From the NCBI GenBank assembly GCA_963676835.2, contig CAXXFF010000001.1, positions 608,001-672,000 of the forward strand: a stretch of DNA of 64,000 nucleotides, written 5' to 3'. Both the position numbers and the translations under genes were made by a program. Shown in pieces: positions 10,574-20,590 of the stretch (positions are counted from its first letter, which is position 1; each line of letters begins with the position of its first letter). The notes beneath the pieces were generated by a model. It worked only from the letters and a program-made list of their open reading frames with translations. It was not told where the DNA came from and did not search any database. This stretch comes from Marispirochaeta sp. GTDB lineage: Bacteria > Spirochaetota > Spirochaetia > JC444 > Marispirochaetaceae.

Positions 10574-11969
10574 TGCTGCCCTCCTTTTCAGCCGCCGTCA
10601 CACTGGCTGCGAGCCGTTCAAGCCCCGTCGACCGGGAACCTTTCAGGTAGACAAAATCGCCCGGAAGGAGATAGGCACGAAACTTCTCATCCAGGGAATC
10701 AAAATCGTCATAATAAAAGCCCGCTGCACCGCAGGCAGTTCGGTATCGTTCAAAAGATGTATTCGCCTCTTCGCCGAAAAAGAACCAGGCATCGAATCCG
10801 CTATCTGCACACAGCCTTCCTGCATCATCATGAAGCTCTTCTGCATATTCACCAAGCTCCTTCATGGCTCCGAGTACACCTATACGGCGACCTTCGCGAC
10901 GGGCAGAATCATTCACAGAAGCGATTCCGGCGGCAAGGCTCTCAAAATTGGCATTGTAGCAGTCCTGCAGGATAGTAAGATCCTCATACTTTAGTATCTG
11001 CCCCCGGCCGAAAGCAGGAGCGGCTTTTTCAAGCCCCGCCGCTATCGCATCGTCCGAAGCCCCGCATACCTGGGCTACAGAAACCGCAGCACAGGCATTT
11101 ATCAGGTTATGATACCCGGGATAATTCAAAGCAACAGACCGGCCCCGGTACACAAGCACTCCCCCATCAACACCCCGGCTTTCAAGGGATTCAATACCGT
11201 CCGTACTGTCAGGGCCGAAGAAGCTGAAGGTTCCCGGTTTACCGGCAACCATTTGCGCCGCGAAGGGCTCGTTTTCCCAGACCAGCCCCCGGGAAGAGGA
11301 ATCAAAACAGGAAAACACCGCTGCCTTCTCTTCCGCAATAGCCTCTCTGGACCCGAACATACCGATATGGGCTGTTCCAATATTGGTAACCAGAGCCACC
11401 GAAGGCTTCAGAAGATCTGAAAGAAGGGCGATCTCACCTTTCCTGTTGGATCCAAGCTCAAAAACTCCATAAACATGTTCCGATCTGAGTCCGAAAACGG
11501 AAAGAGGCAATCCGATTTCTGAATTGAAATTACCCCGGGTAACATAAGTACTGCCCCACTCGGAAAGAATGGAGGCAATCATGTCACGGGTACTGGTTTT
11601 GCCGTTACTTCCGGTTACTGCAACCTTTAATAAGGACGGAAAATTCTCAAGATAACGTCGGGCAAGATTCTGAAGAGCCTCAAGCGGTTCCTCAACCAGA
11701 ATATACGGACCTGCTTGCCTGAATCCCGGGGTAAATTTTTCCCAGCTCGCCTGTTTTACCAGGGCACAGCAGGATCCTGCCGCAAAGGCCTTGAGAAGAA
11801 AGTCATGGCCGTCGGCATTCTCTCCGGGAAGAGCTACAAACAGGTCACCGGCTTTAATGCTTCTTGTATCAATGGAAACCCCGAAGACTTCACCATCAAG
11901 GGCAGGCCCGACAAACTTTCCGCCGCATGCGTCAACGGCGAACTCAAGAGAAAAGAGATAATCAGCCAT
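10566..11969 (-). CDS. murF: UDP-MurNAc-tripeptide--D-Ala-D-Ala ligase
   Basis: IDTR, DGHDF, VTGSNGKTSTR, NSEIGLP, DCYNAN, LKGSR; start placed at ATG 11969. Confidence 0.96.
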   Translation of the reverse strand: MADYLFSLEFAVDACGGKFVGPALDGEVFGVSIDTRSIKAGDLFVALPGENADGHDFLLKAFAAGSCCALVKQASWEKFTPGFRQAGPYILVEEPLEALQNLARRYLENFPSLLKVAVTGSNGKTSTRDMIASILSEWGSTYVTRGNFNSEIGLPLSVFGLRSEHVYGVFELGSNRKGEIALLSDLLKPSVALVTNIGTAHIGMFGSREAIAEEKAAVFSCFDSSSRGLVWENEPFAAQMVAGKPGTFSFFGPDSTDGIESLESRGVDGGVLVYRGRSVALNYPGYHNLINACAAVSVAQVCGASDDAIAAGLEKAAPAFGRGQILKYEDLTILQDCYNANFESLAAGIASVNDSARREGRRIGVLGAMKELGEYAEELHDDAGRLCADSGFDAWFFFGEEANTSFERYRTACGAAGFYYDDFDSLDEKFRAYLLPGDFVYLKGSRSTGLERLAASVTAAEKEGSNA

Positions 11970-12243
11970 CACCGCCACCCGCTCCAAGGCGGACAGAAAG
12001 CTTCTGATCCCTCCCGGCCTTTTTAAGATCCAGTTCCCGGGCAAGCTCATCTATACGGGAAGGAGAAGATGCAACGGCAATGTTCACAATCATAAGTTTA
12101 TTTTCTTCAAACCACTGCTGCTGTTCATCCTGAAGGCGGGAGATACGCCGCTCCATTTCCCAGAAGCGAAACCCCTGCCAGACATTAACAAAAATCAGCG
12201 ATGGAATGGATAACAGTAAAACAAAAATCAACAGACGCTTCAT
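11962..12243 (-). CDS. ftsL: Cell division protein FtsL
   Basis: Short TM plus coiled coil with SPSRIDELAR; directly after rsmH. Confidence 0.8.
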   Translation of the reverse strand: MKRLLIFVLLLSIPSLIFVNVWQGFRFWEMERRISRLQDEQQQWFEENKLMIVNIAVASSPSRIDELARELDLKKAGRDQKLSVRLGAGGGDG

Positions 12244-12244
12244 A

Positions 12245-13192
12245 CTACTCCCACTCTTTCATCTTCCGGGCAACCCGGAATTTGGCACTGCGGGAAGGGC
12301 CATTGGATTCTATCTCCGCCTGGGTAGGCACCAGGGGTTTTCTGGTAAGAATAGAGACAATCGGCTCTCCCTCACATTTACACATCGGCCAATCCGGGGG
12401 ACAAGTACAGGTCTTATTCTTTCCCTGAAAGAAACGTTTTACAATGCGGTCTTCAAGACTGTGAAAAGAGATAACCCCCATAACCCCGCCGGGGGCAAGT
12501 CTGCGCAGGGCATACTCGAGGGCCTGCTCCAGCCTTACCAGCTCGCCGTTAACAGCAATACGCAGGGCCTGAAATGATCGGGTTGCCGGATGAAGCCGCC
12601 CTTTACGGTACCCAACAGGCACAGCCTGCCAGATAATCTTTTCAAGACGGTCGGTGGTGGTGATCTCTTCATCCGCCCGGGCCCGAACCACCGCTGCCGC
12701 TATTCTCCGGGAATAGCGCTCTTCCCCGTAATGATAAAAGATATCCGCGAGCTGATCCTCGGGATAATCATTCACGATGTCTGCAGCGGTGGTTTCGAGA
12801 CTGCCGTCAAGCCGCATATCCAGCGGCTCATCGGCGCGGAAGGTAAATCCCCTGCCGCTTTTTTCAAAGTGGTAGACAGAAATACCCAGATCGAAAAGTA
12901 TACGAGTCGGACGTTCCCCTCCCAAAGGATAATCCTTAAAAAACGCATTAAACCAGGTGTTATAAAAGCGGACCCTGTCGCCAAACAGGGCAAGCCTTTT
13001 CCTGGCAACCCCCTGAATGGTTGTGTCCGCATCGAGTCCGATAACTTTTAATTTCGGGAATTGCCTGAGAAACAGCTCAGAATGACCGCCTTCTCCCATG
13101 GTACAGTCCACAAGCAGCCCGCCCTCTTCATCGGGGGCAAGATACTCGAGAACTTCATTGGCCATTACTGGTACATGAACAATATCCGACAT
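12245..13192 (-). CDS. rsmH: 16S rRNA m4C1402 methyltransferase
   Basis: HVPVM, DCTMGEGGHS, PLDMR, HPATRSFQALRIAVN, ISFHSLEDRIVK. Confidence 0.98.
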   Translation of the reverse strand: MSDIVHVPVMANEVLEYLAPDEEGGLLVDCTMGEGGHSELFLRQFPKLKVIGLDADTTIQGVARKRLALFGDRVRFYNTWFNAFFKDYPLGGERPTRILFDLGISVYHFEKSGRGFTFRADEPLDMRLDGSLETTAADIVNDYPEDQLADIFYHYGEERYSRRIAAAVVRARADEEITTTDRLEKIIWQAVPVGYRKGRLHPATRSFQALRIAVNGELVRLEQALEYALRRLAPGGVMGVISFHSLEDRIVKRFFQGKNKTCTCPPDWPMCKCEGEPIVSILTRKPLVPTQAEIESNGPSRSAKFRVARKMKEWE

Positions 13193-13269
13193 TAAAAGCT
13201 ACCAACCTTGTATCGAAATTAACATTAAACAGCCTCGAAACACTCCCCTGCTTCGGGCATCCATTACCA

Positions 13270-13710
13270 TCAGAGAGAAAGAATCTTGCCAAGCTCCTCC
13301 GCAGCCTCAAGAAATTCTTCCTCATTATCCTCGAGGTCCTGCACATAGGCTGCCTCGTTCCAGATCTCAATATAGTTTTCAAGACCGAGAATCACCGTAT
13401 CCTTGGAAAGGTCAGCATATTCCCGCAAGGTCGGCGGAACCGTTATTCTGCCGGCCTTATCGATCTCAACTTCCTGAGCAGGAGCAATTATCCTGCGCTT
13501 GAGGATTCTCGCCCGCTTCTGAAAAAGGGAGGTGGACTGGGTAATCTGATCCGCCAGAGACTTCCATTGCTCCGCCGGAAACAACCAGAGGCACGACTCA
13601 ACTCCCCGGGTAAGCACCAACTGCTCACCTTCCAGCTCCGTCCTGAGCTTAGACGGAATCAGGAGCCGCCCCTTGTCATCCAGGGAGTTTTTATATTCCC
13701 CCGTCAGCAC
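13270..13710 (-). CDS. mraZ: Transcriptional regulator MraZ
   Basis: DDKGRLLIP and DKAGRITVP repeats; first gene of the dcw cluster. Confidence 0.97.
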   Translation of the reverse strand: MLTGEYKNSLDDKGRLLIPSKLRTELEGEQLVLTRGVESCLWLFPAEQWKSLADQITQSTSLFQKRARILKRRIIAPAQEVEIDKAGRITVPPTLREYADLSKDTVILGLENYIEIWNEAAYVQDLEDNEEEFLEAAEELGKILSL

Positions 13711-13719
13711 CCTTCTCTA

Positions 13720-13753
13720 CCACTTTCTTCTACAATCTCCCACTTTTCCCCAC
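13720..13753 (-). promoter_or_regulatory. MraZ operator: four GTGG-like boxes at 10-bp period
   Basis: Minus strand reads GTGGG-N5-GTGGG-N5-GTAGA-N5-GTGG immediately upstream of mraZ; TTGACA at 13791-13786. Confidence 0.85.
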
Positions 13754-13912
13754 TCATATATACATACTAACCCAGTGAGAAAATTTGTCAACGCGAAACC
13801 TTTTCCATTAAAGTATTTAGACTTCCTGTCCGATACTTATGCCTTTACGTCTGTGTAGTAGTCAATAAATGCGGTCTCGGTAATCATTCATTACCCGCCG
13901 CAGGAGGAGATT

Positions 13913-14203
13913 GTGTCTATATACAGGGTGCATTTTACCTGGAAAAACAAGGAAGCAAGCCTGAGAGCACGGAGCCTCGACCTGACTCATCCCTACTTCG
14001 TCTCAATCAAGGATATAATCCTGCCGAAAAACAGCAGTCTGATCATAAATCCCGCCGAGGATGAGTTTCGCAAAGAGTTCTCCGAGGCTAATCATCTCAT
14101 GATACCCTTTCAGAGCGTTTCACTTATTGAGGAATTGAGCGATGAGACGGGAGAAAACAGACGGACCCTGAACTTTGTAAAGACAGAAGAGGCTGAACCG
14201 TGA
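13913..14203 (+). CDS. DUF1820-like small protein
   Basis: IYRVHF start, INPAEDEFRKEF, HLMIPFQSV pattern; AGGAGG RBS. Confidence 0.65.
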   Translation: MSIYRVHFTWKNKEASLRARSLDLTHPYFVSIKDIILPKNSSLIINPAEDEFRKEFSEANHLMIPFQSVSLIEELSDETGENRRTLNFVKTEEAEP

Positions 14204-14451
14204 CGCTGTATGAAAATTATATCGTATACCCCGAAGGGGAACGCCAGGAGATTCAGAGATCACTGCAGATCAACCAGGTAGTCGACCTGAACGGAAGCCC
14301 CCTGCATATATCGTGGCCGCCCCCCAGGGTGATTGCCTACCGCATACATCGGGTCAGCACCCGGGAGGAACGGGGATATCAGAGACGGTATCATTATGCG
14401 GAGCTGATGAGTATGGCCGAACTTCAGAGCTATGCCCGGGGCGGAGGCTGA
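14200..14451 (+). CDS. Hypothetical protein
   Basis: GTGA overlap with the upstream gene; followed by hairpin and T-tract. Confidence 0.65.
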   Translation: MTLYENYIVYPEGERQEIQRSLQINQVVDLNGSPLHISWPPPRVIAYRIHRVSTREERGYQRRYHYAELMSMAELQSYARGGG

Positions 14452-14472
14452 TCTACCCGCCGCCGGGTTTTT
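14434..14472 (+). terminator. Probable intrinsic terminator
   Basis: CCCGGGGCGG...CCGCCGCCGGG followed by TTTTT between convergent genes. Confidence 0.5.
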
Positions 14473-14493
14473 AAACGCCCAGACTTAAAAAGG

Positions 14494-16092
14494 TCAAACC
14501 TGCTTGAAGATCCTGTAGTCAATATCCGGAAAAACGTTGTTCTTCTTTTCTATGGAAGTAATCCATTCAGTATCCACAGTATTCCTGCAGAGATTGTCAT
14601 AGATACGGGTAAAGTTGGAAAGATGCTCCTTTACCCTCTTTCTGGCATAGGGAACAGTGGTACCGGTCTTCATAATAAAAGGCCAGTCTGAAGCCTGGGA
14701 AAGAAGAACTTCCCGGGCAGCCTGATTCAGAACCCTCAGCTTGAGACCGCTCTCATTCGGATAGCGCTTGACCAGATCCCGCATGCGCTCCACAGCTTTG
14801 TGCACATGACGGTAAATCCAGTCATTGCTGCCGTCAATCCAGACCTCGGCATATCCCTTGTTTCCCCAGCTCGAGAAGGTCGGCTGACCCACGGGGTTTT
14901 CCGGATAAAGCTCAAGATACTGAGAGGGAGTAATCATCTCCAGACCGGAATCACTTTGAGCGGCCTGCCGGATTATTGTCTCCAGCCACTGGGGTCCTTC
15001 AAACCACCAGTGCCCGAAAAGCTCCGCATCATAGGGACAGACAATCATGGGAGGACGATCCATAAATCGCTGCAGCTTGGAAGCCTGCTTCATCCGGTTG
15101 TACAGAAAATTCTCCGCATGCTCTGCGGTCTTGGCCAGTGCAATCTCCGGATCATAGGGCCGCTTCTTATCGGTTTTGCCGGTAATGGCGAAATATTTGA
15201 ATCCCGTATATATCCGTATGTCGTTGTCGTGAATATAGGGACGGATGTAATCGATAGGCAGATCAAAGCCGATATCCCGATAAAACTCCCTGTAGGCAAA
15301 ATCTCCAGGATAGCCTTCATCTTCCGACCATACCGCCCTTGACGAGGGGATATCCCTGCCGAAAAGGGGCAGACCGTTGGAACACTCCATGGGCGCATAG
15401 ATGCCGTAGGGAGATTTGGTATCGGAGAACAGTATTCCATGGGGAGAAGCAAAACTGTAGCCCAGATTATAGTGTTTGATGTACTTTTCCACTCCGGGGA
15501 AATAGCCGCATTCGGGCAGCCAGAACCCTTTGGGAGCGGAACCGAAGGTACGGCCGTGGCTGATTACTGCGGTGTGAATCTGGGCTTCCACTGTTTCGGG
15601 GTATTCTTCGAAATTGGGAAGAAAAGCATGACTCGCCGCAGTGGTAATCAGCTCAAGGTGGCCGGATTTCTCCAGCTCCCTGAATCCTTTAAGTATGTTG
15701 TTCTTATATACTTGAGTAAAATCAGCGTAGTTCTCATCCAGCATCTCTTTATACATCCGCACCACCGGATGAAAATCGGGATCATCCTTGGTACGGACGA
15801 GTTCCTTACTGGCAAGCTCCAGCTGACGTTCAAGATGCGCTATATAACGCTCCTGCAGGAGTGAATCATTCAGCATGGAAGAGAGGGTAGGAGAAACCGA
15901 AATGGTCAGCCTGAAGGGAACATCATCCCGTTTCAGGGCATTAAAACGCCTCAGAAGAGGCAGATAGGTTTCGGAAATAGCTTCAAACAGCCAGTTTTCC
16001 TCAAGAAACTGTTCATGCTCCGGGTGCCTAACAAAGGGAAGATGAGCATGTAAAACAAAACAGAGATATCCTTTAGCCATAAACGTTCCCAC
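14494..16092 (-). CDS. GH57 1,4-alpha-glucan branching enzyme (DUF1957 C-terminus)
   Basis: HAHLPFVRH, ETYLPLL, GFWLPECGY, PYDAELFGHWWFEG, QASDWPFI. Confidence 0.92.
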   Translation of the reverse strand: MGTFMAKGYLCFVLHAHLPFVRHPEHEQFLEENWLFEAISETYLPLLRRFNALKRDDVPFRLTISVSPTLSSMLNDSLLQERYIAHLERQLELASKELVRTKDDPDFHPVVRMYKEMLDENYADFTQVYKNNILKGFRELEKSGHLELITTAASHAFLPNFEEYPETVEAQIHTAVISHGRTFGSAPKGFWLPECGYFPGVEKYIKHYNLGYSFASPHGILFSDTKSPYGIYAPMECSNGLPLFGRDIPSSRAVWSEDEGYPGDFAYREFYRDIGFDLPIDYIRPYIHDNDIRIYTGFKYFAITGKTDKKRPYDPEIALAKTAEHAENFLYNRMKQASKLQRFMDRPPMIVCPYDAELFGHWWFEGPQWLETIIRQAAQSDSGLEMITPSQYLELYPENPVGQPTFSSWGNKGYAEVWIDGSNDWIYRHVHKAVERMRDLVKRYPNESGLKLRVLNQAAREVLLSQASDWPFIMKTGTTVPYARKRVKEHLSNFTRIYDNLCRNTVDTEWITSIEKKNNVFPDIDYRIFKQV

Positions 16093-16829
16093 TAATTTGT
16101 CAAATGTACATACTGGCTGTCAATAAGAGAGATAATCCGCTGAGGGATTTCATCTTCTGCATCTGCAATATTGACATCAAAAAGGCCAGAGAGAAAAAGA
16201 GTCTCAAGCAGAGGGTTCTCGGCAGTTTTGAGCTCTTCCTGAACATCTCCTCTGGGACTGAAGATTACATTGGAACGGCAGAGCCGTTTCACAAAGCCAC
16301 GGGTTTCGGTAATCAGATCAATACAGTATCGGATACCGCTTTCGGGCAGATTGATGTACCAGCAGTCATCGTCCAGGGAGACGGGGATATCGAAATAATC
16401 GGAGTAGCTCTTGGAGGTCAACTCCCCTTCAGGAAGAGAATAGACCCGCAGCGAAAGTGATGTGCCGCCGGCACTCTGGCGGATTTCAGTTGCTTCCGCG
16501 GGAAAAAGTTCCCAGTAGCAGAATGCCCAGAAAGGATCCCGGATCATAAGCACGATCTTGGTCTCGTTGTAGATCTCCGGCAGAACAAACTCATCATCCA
16601 GGGCAGAGATAAAGTCCTCTTCCTGAACAACTTCGTACTTTTTTTCCTTGATGCGCATTGCAAGATTGTTCACTACATCCCGCTCAATACGATCTTCATC
16701 AATAGCCTCGAGAATTTGCTCGATGATATCTTCCCGGTCAAGCGGAGACGACGATACCAGAATACCCTCTCTGCGGGCCAGCTCAAGCAGAATCTCGTCG
16801 GAGAGTTCCAAGAGACGATCTTTAGTCAT
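16092..16829 (-). CDS. DUF4912 domain protein
   Basis: LPEIYNETKIVLMIRDPFWAFCYWE, WYINLP, CRSNVIFSPR; start placed at ATG 16829. Confidence 0.85.
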   Translation of the reverse strand: MTKDRLLELSDEILLELARREGILVSSSPLDREDIIEQILEAIDEDRIERDVVNNLAMRIKEKKYEVVQEEDFISALDDEFVLPEIYNETKIVLMIRDPFWAFCYWELFPAEATEIRQSAGGTSLSLRVYSLPEGELTSKSYSDYFDIPVSLDDDCWYINLPESGIRYCIDLITETRGFVKRLCRSNVIFSPRGDVQEELKTAENPLLETLFLSGLFDVNIADAEDEIPQRIISLIDSQYVHLTN

Positions 16830-16854
16830 GCATTCCTCCCACGGACACGGGCAA

Positions 16855-16883
16855 AGTCTAGGAAAAAGGGACAGACCTGTCAA
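16855..16883 (-). promoter_or_regulatory. Sigma70-type promoter for DUF4912-GH57
   Basis: TTGACA-N17-TAGACT on the minus strand. Confidence 0.65.
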
Positions 16884-16928
16884 GACCTTAAAAAAAGCGG
16901 CGCTCTACAAATCTTCCTCTATAAAAAG

Positions 16929-17762
16929 TTAAAGGGGCTTGAGAGCGGCAATAATCATTACATCACCGGCATTGAGGGATTTGCAGAGCCTGTCGGCGGC
17001 TTTCTTTACAGGCAGAGGGGCAGTACCGGAGCCAAGGCCTCCCCAGGATCGCCGGCGCAGAACCTTGAATCCCCCCCGGCGAAGGAGCTGTTTCAGGGTT
17101 TTTCCGGAAAAAAGCACCATATGGTCATCGATTGCCGAGCGCCACCGGTGAGTAAAGATTCTGGCTTGAAACCCGGCAATATCCGGCGTTGTTACCAGAA
17201 AAAGCCCTCCGGGGACAAGAATACGGTAGACTTCTTCAACAAAGCCCTTTGGATCCGTAAGATGCTCAATAAGGTGACTGCAGTGAACCACAGAAAATCC
17301 GGCATCCGGAAAAGCGGCCTCTTCCAGGGTCCCCGTAAAGATATTTACCCCCCGCTTCTCCCTGCCGTAGGCGGCAGCGGGACCGCAGACTTCAACGCCC
17401 TGCTCCCGGAAACCTTTACGCTTCATGTATTCCGGCAGCATACCGGTGGCACAGCCGACATCAAGAAAAGACTTCTCAAGGCCTGCGGACAGGGATTCAA
17501 ACCCGATATCCCTTAACCCCAGCTTCATAAGATTGAAGAAGTTATCGGCATTCTCCTGCTCATATTCAAAGTACTCGTCATCATAACGCAGGGCGAGCTC
17601 ATCCTGCACAGGCTGCGGATTCTGGTACACCAGCCCGCAGCTGAGGCAGCTCACAAAAAGAGAGGATTGCTTCCATTTCCGCTTGTAACGGCTGCCGCCG
17701 CAGAGGGGGCAGTCAATAGAAAGAAGATTCTCATTGCCGGAAACTTTGGAAAAGGTCTTCAT
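16929..17762 (-). CDS. Class I SAM-dependent methyltransferase with N-terminal zinc ribbon
   Basis: CPLC...CLSC then FLDVGCATG, HLIEHLTDP, LVPGG. Confidence 0.88.
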   Translation of the reverse strand: MKTFSKVSGNENLLSIDCPLCGGSRYKRKWKQSSLFVSCLSCGLVYQNPQPVQDELALRYDDEYFEYEQENADNFFNLMKLGLRDIGFESLSAGLEKSFLDVGCATGMLPEYMKRKGFREQGVEVCGPAAAYGREKRGVNIFTGTLEEAAFPDAGFSVVHCSHLIEHLTDPKGFVEEVYRILVPGGLFLVTTPDIAGFQARIFTHRWRSAIDDHMVLFSGKTLKQLLRRGGFKVLRRRSWGGLGSGTAPLPVKKAADRLCKSLNAGDVMIIAALKPL

Positions 17763-18646
17763 CAGCGTATGGAAAAGCCTTTCTGATAAACCGTTTCGTT
17801 ACCGGCAAAATCGGATACAACAATCTCAAGACTGGTCTCCCCGGTATTCAGGGTCAACTCACCAAGATTTATAACCGTCTCATCCTCATAAAACGGATCA
17901 TAGGTATACCCCGGAGATTTAACCAGAGCATACTGCCCCTCCTGATAGGAGAGAAACTCATAGGTCAGGTAGACCGCTTCACTGCCATTGAGATACACCA
18001 TGATACGAAACGGGGACATTGGCCAGAAATAGCTTACACTGTCACACTGATCATAAACATCCACCACCAGATCCCAGCGTCCGGCAGGAACTGCGCCGTT
18101 GAGAGACTCAAGGTCAATTTTATTCTGCCCCCTTGAGAGATGCACAGCGGAGACCCTGGGCCTGGAAGTATCCACCCGGGGAGGCAGAATCAGAAGAGGA
18201 TTGATTATGTTGTTTGTATCGGAGTCAATTATAGTCAGATGCAGATGAACCCCAAGGGAACCTCCGGACTCCCCCATTACCCCCAAAGGTCTCTCTGCAG
18301 TAAAACGTTTATCCTCAATTCTGGTTGAACCGTTTTTCAAATGGGCATACAGAGACCGCACACCACCTTGATGTTCTGCAACCAGAAAGGTGCCTATACC
18401 CGAAGGAATCGCCGCTGCCGGGCCGTGCTCATCGTAGGAGAAAACCAGCTCTCCTTCGGAGACAGGATAGATATCCTGCTCGCCCCCGCCAAGGTCTATA
18501 CCGGAATGAAAATGGTCCCAGCGGTCTTCTCCGAATGTACCGGTAAGGGATATCTTTTCCACCGGCCACCGGTACTCCTGAGAAGAGAGAGAAACTCCGG
18601 TCAACAGTAAAAAACCGAGAATCCGAAACAACATCAGGCGCCGCAT
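17762..18646 (-). CDS. M23 family metallopeptidase
   Basis: Signal peptide, TFGEDRWDHFHSGIDL, YAHL, GVHLHL. Confidence 0.9.
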   Translation of the reverse strand: MRRLMLFRILGFLLLTGVSLSSQEYRWPVEKISLTGTFGEDRWDHFHSGIDLGGGEQDIYPVSEGELVFSYDEHGPAAAIPSGIGTFLVAEHQGGVRSLYAHLKNGSTRIEDKRFTAERPLGVMGESGGSLGVHLHLTIIDSDTNNIINPLLILPPRVDTSRPRVSAVHLSRGQNKIDLESLNGAVPAGRWDLVVDVYDQCDSVSYFWPMSPFRIMVYLNGSEAVYLTYEFLSYQEGQYALVKSPGYTYDPFYEDETVINLGELTLNTGETSLEIVVSDFAGNETVYQKGFSIR

Positions 18647-18647
18647 A

Positions 18648-19694
18648 TCAAACCCTCTCCATTGTATATACCAGAACAGCATCATCGAGAAACAGATAAA
18701 GACGATTTCCCCGGACCTCAAGATCCGCGTGGGAAAAACTGCCGGGAAGCTTCAAGGCGCCCCGGTATTCACTGACCGCTCCGTGCAGGGAGAGCTCAAA
18801 CTCCTCATTCCGGGCAAGAACCGCAACAAGACGGCCCTCCTCAAGGCCTTTCATCTGCCAGATACGCCCGGAAAGGGAGATTTTTTTACTGCTCAAACTC
18901 AGGGTATCAAAAAGCAGAAACCCGTCTTCCTGCTCAATTGAATAAAAATTATCAAGAAGAAACCCGAGCTGAATATTTCTGCGCAGATCCGAATCCAGCG
19001 GAAGCACAAATCGTTCCTGGAACTGACCGGCATGCTCCTCCAGAAGCGCTGCAGCCTGAGGGCTGGTGCCGGCGATCACCATAGCACCGGTTCCTTCATT
19101 ATCAAGCGCCCCGCCATAAGCCGCGGAGATCCTGCCTCTCTCCGGTGAATACTCATAATAGACAGACCCACCGGAATCGACAAACACAAAGGTTCCGCTT
19201 AAAAGTCCAACAAGCAGACGTTTTTTATCAGCAGTACACGTGGTAATCATGGAAGGAAAACTATGCTCCCAGAGAATATCCCCTTCGACGGATATCTCCT
19301 TCAGTCTCAACCTGTCTGTGCTGAGTACAAAAAGCCTGGCACCGGAATAAAACGGATAACCCCGTGTATCCACAAGGGCACTGATACCTCCGCTGCTGTC
19401 TTTCAAGACAAGCCGTGAGGATATAGAGTCATAATTAATTAATCCTGATTCTGAAACAGCCGCACCGTAGCGGACTTCTTCCGTATAGACAGGATTTCCC
19501 TGTTCAGAAATAAACCCGGCATACAGACCGTTTGAGAAAGGAATAAGAGCAGCTCCCTGAGGATCTGCCGGGTTATCAAGCTGAAATCTGGACTGGGGCA
19601 TCAATGTTAACGCAGGAGCCAGATCCCGGGGGAGAAATATAAGATAAGCGAGGACCGCGAGGCTTCCAAAAATAAACCGGTATCTTCTTTTCAT
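18648..19694 (-). CDS. Exported hypothetical protein, possibly beta-propeller-like
   Basis: N-terminal hydrophobic segment; beta-rich repeats; TTGACA-N18-TAGGAT just upstream (19734-19705). Confidence 0.7.
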   Translation of the reverse strand: MKRRYRFIFGSLAVLAYLIFLPRDLAPALTLMPQSRFQLDNPADPQGAALIPFSNGLYAGFISEQGNPVYTEEVRYGAAVSESGLINYDSISSRLVLKDSSGGISALVDTRGYPFYSGARLFVLSTDRLRLKEISVEGDILWEHSFPSMITTCTADKKRLLVGLLSGTFVFVDSGGSVYYEYSPERGRISAAYGGALDNEGTGAMVIAGTSPQAAALLEEHAGQFQERFVLPLDSDLRRNIQLGFLLDNFYSIEQEDGFLLFDTLSLSSKKISLSGRIWQMKGLEEGRLVAVLARNEEFELSLHGAVSEYRGALKLPGSFSHADLEVRGNRLYLFLDDAVLVYTMERV

Positions 19695-19780
19695 ATGCGG
19701 GTTTATCCTACCGATAACAGAAGGCTGTTGTCAACGAAGAATAAAGAAGTAGCAGCAATTGCAGAAGTGGACTCCGGATC

Positions 19781-20572
19781 CTACTTCTTATCGTTCTTTT
19801 TGGAGTCCGACTCCATCTTTGCCCGCCAGACATCAATTTTCTTGCGGACCCCTTCCCCCTCTTCAACCTCTCCGAGAACAATATGCAGACGCCTGAGGGC
19901 TGCCAGGTAGGTTATGGCCAGCTTGAAGTCGTCTATGCGCAGAGTAGACAGCTCATACTTTTCCCGGTAACGGTTGGCAGACTGATCAAGCAGCTCTTTT
20001 GTAAGCCTGAGATGTGAATTCCGCTCCGAATAGAAATCCGCCCGGGGATCAAGACCGGCTGTCAGGGTTTTCAGGTCGAGCAGATTCTTGACAATGGTTG
20101 CGTATCGGCCTTCAATTTCCACAAAGGACCAGCGCCATTTTGTGTTTGCACCGAACCCGTCCTCCACCGCCTGTATAGAAAATCCCAGCTTGCGGATCAT
20201 CCCCCACCGCTGGCCTTCATTAAAGGCACTTATCTGCTCAAGCTTCTCTTCATAATCCGAAAACGGAGCGTCTATCTGACTGGAGACTGCTTCTTCAAGA
20301 TAGATGATTGCCTTGTAGCACCCTTTTCGTGCATCGTTAAGATAGGCTTCGTTCTTTACCCCGAGAAGACTGATGGATAGTTCATTCATCAATACATAAT
20401 AGGAAACCAGATTGAGAACGCTGTCAGCAAGAACAAGCTTGTTCATGGAAGAACTTCCGTCTTCCCCGGCGAGCATCGCCTTTTCCTGCTCCAGTATTGC
20501 TTCTATGGCAGCCTTGAATTCAGTTATCTTGTTGAAATAACTTTTCTTTGCCTGTCCGGAGATCTTTCCCAT
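19781..20572 (-). CDS. Hypothetical alpha-helical protein
   Basis: 263-aa ORF with GGGAG RBS, in the run of genes after recN. Confidence 0.8.
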   Translation of the reverse strand: MGKISGQAKKSYFNKITEFKAAIEAILEQEKAMLAGEDGSSSMNKLVLADSVLNLVSYYVLMNELSISLLGVKNEAYLNDARKGCYKAIIYLEEAVSSQIDAPFSDYEEKLEQISAFNEGQRWGMIRKLGFSIQAVEDGFGANTKWRWSFVEIEGRYATIVKNLLDLKTLTAGLDPRADFYSERNSHLRLTKELLDQSANRYREKYELSTLRIDDFKLAITYLAALRRLHIVLGEVEEGEGVRKKIDVWRAKMESDSKKNDKK

Positions 20573-20590
20573 CTGACTCCCCTTACCGCC

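Noticed and set aside
4988..13710. dcw cluster missing ftsI, murE, murD, murG and murC
   Set aside because: This reduced order is usual in spirochaetes.
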